Part shown: positions 59,538 to 64,000 of the stretch, in pieces | Numbering within the stretch: position 1 is the first letter of the stretch | Layout of the letters: each line of letters opens with the position of its first letter | Source: Alistipes sp. | Lineage (GTDB): Bacteria; Bacteroidota; Bacteroidia; Bacteroidales; Rikenellaceae | Length of the DNA: 64,000 nt | Direction of reading: 5' to 3' | Assembly: GCA_045633445.1 (NCBI GenBank) | Contig: JAZQYI010000003.1 | Location: forward strand, 63,733 to 127,732 | Translations under genes and position numbers: made by a program | Notes under the pieces: generated by a model | The model's input: only the letters and a program-made list of their open reading frames with translations | Database searches by the model: none | What the model was told of the DNA's origin: nothing

Positions 59538-60281
59538 CTAATCCTCAAGCTTAGCTGCGAGGAACTCGCGGTTCAGGCGTGCGATGTGCGCAATAGAGAT
59601 ACCCTTAGGGCACTCAGCCTGGCAAGCACCTGTATTTGTACAGTTACCGAAGCCCAGCTCGTCCATCTTTGCAACCATCGCCTTTGCACGACGTGCACCC
59701 TCTACGCGACCCTGTGGGAGCTTTGCAAGAGATGATACACGAGCAGCAACGAAGAGCATTGCAGAACCGTTCTTACAAGTTGCAGCACAAGCACCACAAC
59801 CTACGCAAGCTGCAGCATCCATACTCTCCTCAGCATCTGCCTGAGGGATTGGAATAGCGTTACCATCAGGTACAGAGTTTGTACGAACTGAGATAAAACC
59901 ACCAGCCTGGAGAATCTCGTCATAAGCACCACGGTTTACAACAAGGTCACGGATTACTGGGAATGCAGCAGAACGCCAAGGCTCAACAGTGATTGTTGCA
60001 CCATCCTTGAACTGACGCATATAGATCTGACAAGTGGTTACAGCCTGTGATGGACCGTGTGCGTGACCGTCGATGTGAAGTGAACACATACCGCAGATAC
60101 CCTCACGGCAGTCGTGGTCAAATGCTACAGGCTCCTCGCCCTTGTGTACCAGGTCGTTGTTGAGAATGTCAAGCATCTCAAGGAATGAGGTATCAGACGA
60201 AATATCAGTAACCTTATACTCCTTAAATTCGCCCTTAGAGTGAGCGTCTTTCTGACGCCATATTTTTAATGTGAAATTCAT
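59538..60281 (-). CDS. sdhB: Succinate dehydrogenase/fumarate reductase iron-sulfur subunit
   Basis: [21 protein letters not shown] and [12 protein letters not shown] cluster motifs. Confidence 0.96.
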   Translation of the reverse strand: MNFTLKIWRQKDAHSKGEFKEYKVTDISSDTSFLEMLDILNNDLVHKGEEPVAFDHDCREGICGMCSLHIDGHAHGPSQAVTTCQIYMRQFKDGATITVEPWRSAAFPVIRDLVVNRGAYDEILQAGGFISVRTNSVPDGNAIPIPQADAEESMDAAACVGCGACAATCKNGSAMLFVAARVSSLAKLPQGRVEGARRAKAMVAKMDELGFGNCTNTGACQAECPKGISIAHIARLNREFLAAKLED

Positions 60282-60315
60282 AATTTCGTGATTATTAAAA
60301 GTTTAACGTCAAAGA

Positions 60316-62262
60316 TTAGTCCTTATAGTTACGCTGTGCACGGTGTGTGAACTCGTAAACCAGATCCTCCTTAGTAAGCTCTGGCTCTACGTCCTCGCCC
60401 TTGTACTCCCAAACAGCTGCGTAAGCGTACTCGTCATCGTGACGAAGTGCCTCACCCTCCTCTGTCTGGTGCTCTGAGCGGAAGTGACCACCACAAGACT
60501 CTGCACGGTTGAGTGCATCGCGAGCCATCAGCTCACCGAGCTCAAGGAAGTCAACAAGGCGAAGTGCCTTCTCCAGCTCAACGTTGAATGAATCAGCTGT
60601 ACCAACAACCTTAACATCCTTCCAGAACTCCTTGCGAAGTGCTGCGATCTCAACGATAGCCTTCTCAAGAGACTCCTTAGTACGTGCCATACCAACGTTA
60701 TCCCACATAATCAGACCGAGCTGACGGTGGATATCGTCTACAGAACGTGTACCATTGATAGAGAGGAGCTTCTCAATCTTAGCCTTAACAGCTGCCTCAG
60801 CCTCGTCGAATGCAGGAGTTGCAGTTGATACCTTAGGAGCCTGAATCTTCTTTGAGAGGTAGTCGCCGATAGTGTAAGGCAATACGAAGTAACCATCAGC
60901 AAGACCCTGCATCAGTGCAGAAGCACCGAGGCGGTTTGCACCGTGGTCAGAGAAGTTTGCCTCACCGATAGCGTAGAGACCTGGGATTGTTGTCATCAGG
61001 TTGTAGTCAACCCAGATACCACCCATTGTGTAGTGAACAGCTGGGAAGATCTGCATTGGCTGCTCGTATGGATTAACGTCGGTAATCTCCTTGTACATAT
61101 CGAACAGGTTACCATAACGCTTCTCAATAGTCTCCTTACCAAGACGCTCGATAGCAGTCTTGAAATCGAGGAATACTGCAAGACCGGTCTCGTTTACACC
61201 ATAACCAGCATCGCAACGCTCCTTAGCAGCGCGAGATGCAACGTCACGTGGTACGAGGTTACCGAATGCAGGGTAACGACGCTCGAGGTAGTAATCACGA
61301 TCCTCCTCAGCAATGTCTGAAGGCATCTTTGTTCCCTTACGCAGAGCCTCACCATCCTCGATCTTCTTAGGAACCCAAATACGACCATCGTTACGCAGTG
61401 ACTCTGACATAAGAGTCAGCTTAGACTGCTGTGTACCGTGTACTGGGATACAAGTTGGGTGAATCTGAGTAAAACAAGGGTTTGCGAAACCTGCGCCCTT
61501 ACGGTAGCACTGGAATGCTGCTGAACCGTTTGACGCCATAGCGTTAGTTGAGAGGAAGAATACATTACCGTAACCACCAGTAGCGATAACTACTGCGTGA
61601 GCACCGTGACGCTCAATCTCACCTGTAACCAGGTTACGAGCGATGATACCACGTGCCTCACCATCCTCAACAACGATATCGAGCATCTCGTGACGAGTGT
61701 AAGACTTTACAGAGCCGTTGTGAATCTCCTTGTTAAGCGCTGCATAAGCACCGAGGAGCAGCTGCTGACCGGTCTGGCCACGAGCATAGAATGTACGAGA
61801 TACCTGAGCACCACCGAATGAACGGTTAGCCAAAAGACCGCCGTACTCACGAGCGAAAGGAACACCCTGAGCAACGCACTGGTCGATAATCAGGTTAGAA
61901 ACCTCTGCAAGACGGTATACGTTCGCCTCACGTGCGCGGTAGTCACCACCCTTGATAGTATCGTAGAAAAGACGATATACAGAGTCGTTATCGTTCTGAT
62001 AGTTCTTCGCTGCATTGATACCACCCTGTGCTGCGATAGAGTGAGCACGACGTGGAGAGTCCTGGATGCAGAAGATCTTTACATTGTAGCCAAGCTCACC
62101 GAGTGAAGCAGCTGCAGATGCACCACCCAGACCTGTACCTACAACGATGATGTCGAGCTTGCGCTTGTTAGCTGGGCTGACAACCTTAATAGCTGCTTTG
62201 TGGTTGCTCCACTTCTGAGCCAACTCACCTGCAGGGATTTTGGAATCTAATTTGAATGCCAT
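60316..62262 (-). CDS. sdhA: Succinate dehydrogenase/fumarate reductase flavoprotein subunit
   Basis: [15 protein letters not shown] (FAD-His), QIHPT, HYTMGG and HGANRLG motifs. Confidence 0.97.
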   Translation of the reverse strand: MAFKLDSKIPAGELAQKWSNHKAAIKVVSPANKRKLDIIVVGTGLGGASAAASLGELGYNVKIFCIQDSPRRAHSIAAQGGINAAKNYQNDNDSVYRLFYDTIKGGDYRAREANVYRLAEVSNLIIDQCVAQGVPFAREYGGLLANRSFGGAQVSRTFYARGQTGQQLLLGAYAALNKEIHNGSVKSYTRHEMLDIVVEDGEARGIIARNLVTGEIERHGAHAVVIATGGYGNVFFLSTNAMASNGSAAFQCYRKGAGFANPCFTQIHPTCIPVHGTQQSKLTLMSESLRNDGRIWVPKKIEDGEALRKGTKMPSDIAEEDRDYYLERRYPAFGNLVPRDVASRAAKERCDAGYGVNETGLAVFLDFKTAIERLGKETIEKRYGNLFDMYKEITDVNPYEQPMQIFPAVHYTMGGIWVDYNLMTTIPGLYAIGEANFSDHGANRLGASALMQGLADGYFVLPYTIGDYLSKKIQAPKVSTATPAFDEAEAAVKAKIEKLLSINGTRSVDDIHRQLGLIMWDNVGMARTKESLEKAIVEIAALRKEFWKDVKVVGTADSFNVELEKALRLVDFLELGELMARDALNRAESCGGHFRSEHQTEEGEALRHDDEYAYAAVWEYKGEDVEPELTKEDLVYEFTHRAQRNYKD

Positions 62263-62296
62263 ATTTTTTCTATTTTATTGTTCTACAAGTGTTAGA

Positions 62297-62995
62297 TTAG
62301 CAGCAACCGCAGCAAAGGCTCTTTGCATAGAATACAACTGCAACAACTGCAAAGCCGAGGAAGATAAGACCTGAAACGAGCTTTGCAATGCACTTAAGGC
62401 GTGGCAACCAAGTGTCGTTTGCCCAACCTACAGTCTGGAACATAGACCAAACACCGTGGTTGAGGTGGAACCAGAGTGCTGCAAACCATACAAGGTAGAG
62501 AACTACGTTGTACCACTGAGAGAAGGTGTACTTGATAAGCGCTGCACCATCAGTTGGAGCAAGACCGAGGTCGTTAGTGTGCTGACCCATAAGCTCAACA
62601 AGCATCATCTTTGACCAGAAGTGTGTCAAGTGGAGGAGCAGACCAAGGATAACGATAATACCCAGAACGAGCATATTCTTAGATGCCCAATCTACACCCT
62701 TCTCGGTTACTGTAACTGCGTAGCGCACGTTACCACGAGCCTTACGGTTCTGGTATGTGAGCCAGAATGCGTAAGCAAAGTGTACCAAAACACCAAGTGC
62801 CAAAACTGCTGTACCAACGAGAGCATACCAGTTTGCACCCAAGAAACCGCAAATCATATTGTAAGCAGAACCGTCACCGATAAGTGCCACAACATTCATT
62901 GCCATGTGGAAGAGGAGGAAGAGCACGAGGAAACAACCCGAGATGCTCATCACCAGCTTTCTTCCCAACGAAGAATTAGTTAAAAAACAACCCAT
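62297..62995 (-). CDS. sdhC: Succinate dehydrogenase/fumarate reductase cytochrome b subunit
   Basis: Five TM helices with heme-ligand His residues (LFHM, LVHF, LHLTHF, FHLNHG). Confidence 0.93.
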   Translation of the reverse strand: MGCFLTNSSLGRKLVMSISGCFLVLFLLFHMAMNVVALIGDGSAYNMICGFLGANWYALVGTAVLALGVLVHFAYAFWLTYQNRKARGNVRYAVTVTEKGVDWASKNMLVLGIIVILGLLLHLTHFWSKMMLVELMGQHTNDLGLAPTDGAALIKYTFSQWYNVVLYLVWFAALWFHLNHGVWSMFQTVGWANDTWLPRLKCIAKLVSGLIFLGFAVVAVVFYAKSLCCGCC

Positions 62996-63125
62996 AATGT
63001 TTTGAAATAAAAATTAGTTATGTTTATTTTGTGAAAAAATTGTTTGCACTACGCATATAATATCGTACAAATATAGTTATTGTTTGTCAAATAACAAAGA
63101 TTTTTGCCAATTTTTAACTACTAAA

Positions 63126-63665
63126 ATGACAACAAAAAGCAAATCAGAGATACGCACAGCTGCAAAACAGGCTGTAAAATCGCTGCTTCCAGAGCAGAGA
63201 ATATCCAAATCAGCGCTGATAGTCAAAGACATCCTTGCTTTGGATGCTGTAAAAAGTGCCACAGTTGTAGCACTCTACGCTTCACTGCCCGATGAGGTTA
63301 TAAGTGGCGAGGCAATCGACACTCTTGCCACCCAAAAACGGGTTGTACTCCCACGCGTGGCGGGAGATGATATGGATTTTTATCCATATGACCCGACCGC
63401 TATGGAGATCGGTTCTTTCGGCATATCGGAGCCTCAATCCGAGGTAGCTATCGACCCTTCAGAGATAGATGTTATTATCGTTCCAGGCGTAGCCTTCACC
63501 CTTAGCGGAGTGCGATGTGGCAGAGGTAAGGGGTACTACGACAAGTATCTGTCGCGCAATGGTTTTCGAGCTATAAAAATCGGTGTCTGCTACAAAGAAC
63601 AGCTCGCCGAGGAGATCCCCAGCGAGCCGCACGATATTTTGATGGATAGTGTTATCTGCCATTAA
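63126..63665 (+). CDS. 5-formyltetrahydrofolate cyclo-ligase
   Basis: Start set at MTTKSKSEIR; VVLPRV, FGISEP, DVIIVPGVAF and GRGKGYYD motifs. Confidence 0.93.
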   Translation: MTTKSKSEIRTAAKQAVKSLLPEQRISKSALIVKDILALDAVKSATVVALYASLPDEVISGEAIDTLATQKRVVLPRVAGDDMDFYPYDPTAMEIGSFGISEPQSEVAIDPSEIDVIIVPGVAFTLSGVRCGRGKGYYDKYLSRNGFRAIKIGVCYKEQLAEEIPSEPHDILMDSVICH

Positions 63666-64000
63666 GACTCAAGGCCCGCATCGACGAGCTGCGACTTGAG
63701 TTTTTTCTGCTTTGCCTCCTGAGTCTTCGCTCCAAGAGCAAGCATATCGCGCACGGCAACAGAGATTGTTTGGCCGCTGCCGATACCTTTTTTCTTTGTC
63801 TTTTCAAAGGCATCAACTGCGCTATCAAGCGCTGAGCCGATGTCGTCGAAATAGCCAACAAAGTCGGTTACGCGATCCAGGATAGTTGTCGCCTGTGCAA
63901 TGATTTTATCCTGATTTTCAAGGCGTTGCTGCTGCACCCACACGACATTAACCATCTCAATAAGCATCAGCAGATGGCGTTCACTAGCAATAAAGACCTT
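63662..64000 (-). CDS. rmuC: DNA recombination protein RmuC, C-terminal part (runs off the right edge)
   Basis: Coiled-coil C-terminus (VWVQQQRLENQDKII...RVTDFVGYFDDIG...LALGAK) resembles RmuC; the frame stays open to the window edge. Confidence 0.7.
   Translation of the reverse strand, partial: KVFIASERHLLMLIEMVNVVWVQQQRLENQDKIIAQATTILDRVTDFVGYFDDIGSALDSAVDAFEKTKKKGIGSGQTISVAVRDMLALGAKTQEAKQKKLKSQLVDAGLES

Noticed and set aside
62996-63125. 6S RNA upstream of the 5-formyl-THF cyclo-ligase gene
   Set aside because: The gap is only about 130 bp, very AT-rich, shared with the divergent sdhC promoter, and shows no long rod-like pairing.

Overview
Chromosomal segment of a Bacteroidota organism. 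The TAnnTTTG promoters, AT-rich start contexts without Shine-Dalgarno sequences and the gene set suggest an Alistipes/Rikenellaceae-like genome (inference). Most genes are core or metabolic: uvrA (partial), dusB, pepD, ispF, a Na+-pumping methylmalonyl-CoA decarboxylase operon with mce and meaB, gadB, dinB, dapA, ligA, fabI-plsY-acyl-CoA ligase, sdh/frdCAB, rmuC (partial), tRNA-Pro and tRNA-Lys. Two accessory-looking operons are also present: (i) a 47-aa peptide plus two paralogous surface metallophosphoesterase lipoproteins, one with a fimbrillin-like N-terminus; (ii) an SSS transporter, an FAD oxidoreductase and two proteins of unknown function. No integrase, transposase or cas gene is present. 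The most unusual signal is non-coding: a family of ~125-130 bp nested-palindrome elements in four clusters (about 3.75-4.27, 16.56-16.75, 23.43-23.73 and 36.62-36.83 kb). They share terminal arms (C)ATTTGTCGT...ACGACAAAT(G), show compensatory stem changes and G-T wobbles on the + strand, and mostly carry a leader with two GCAC boxes 18 bp apart. Every cluster ends at or within a few bases of the TAA stop of a minus-strand gene. Two copies identical at 94 of 95 core positions bracket the phosphoesterase operon like a cassette. Two further repeat families (heptamer foldbacks and C-rich REP-like hairpins) occupy other 3' regions.
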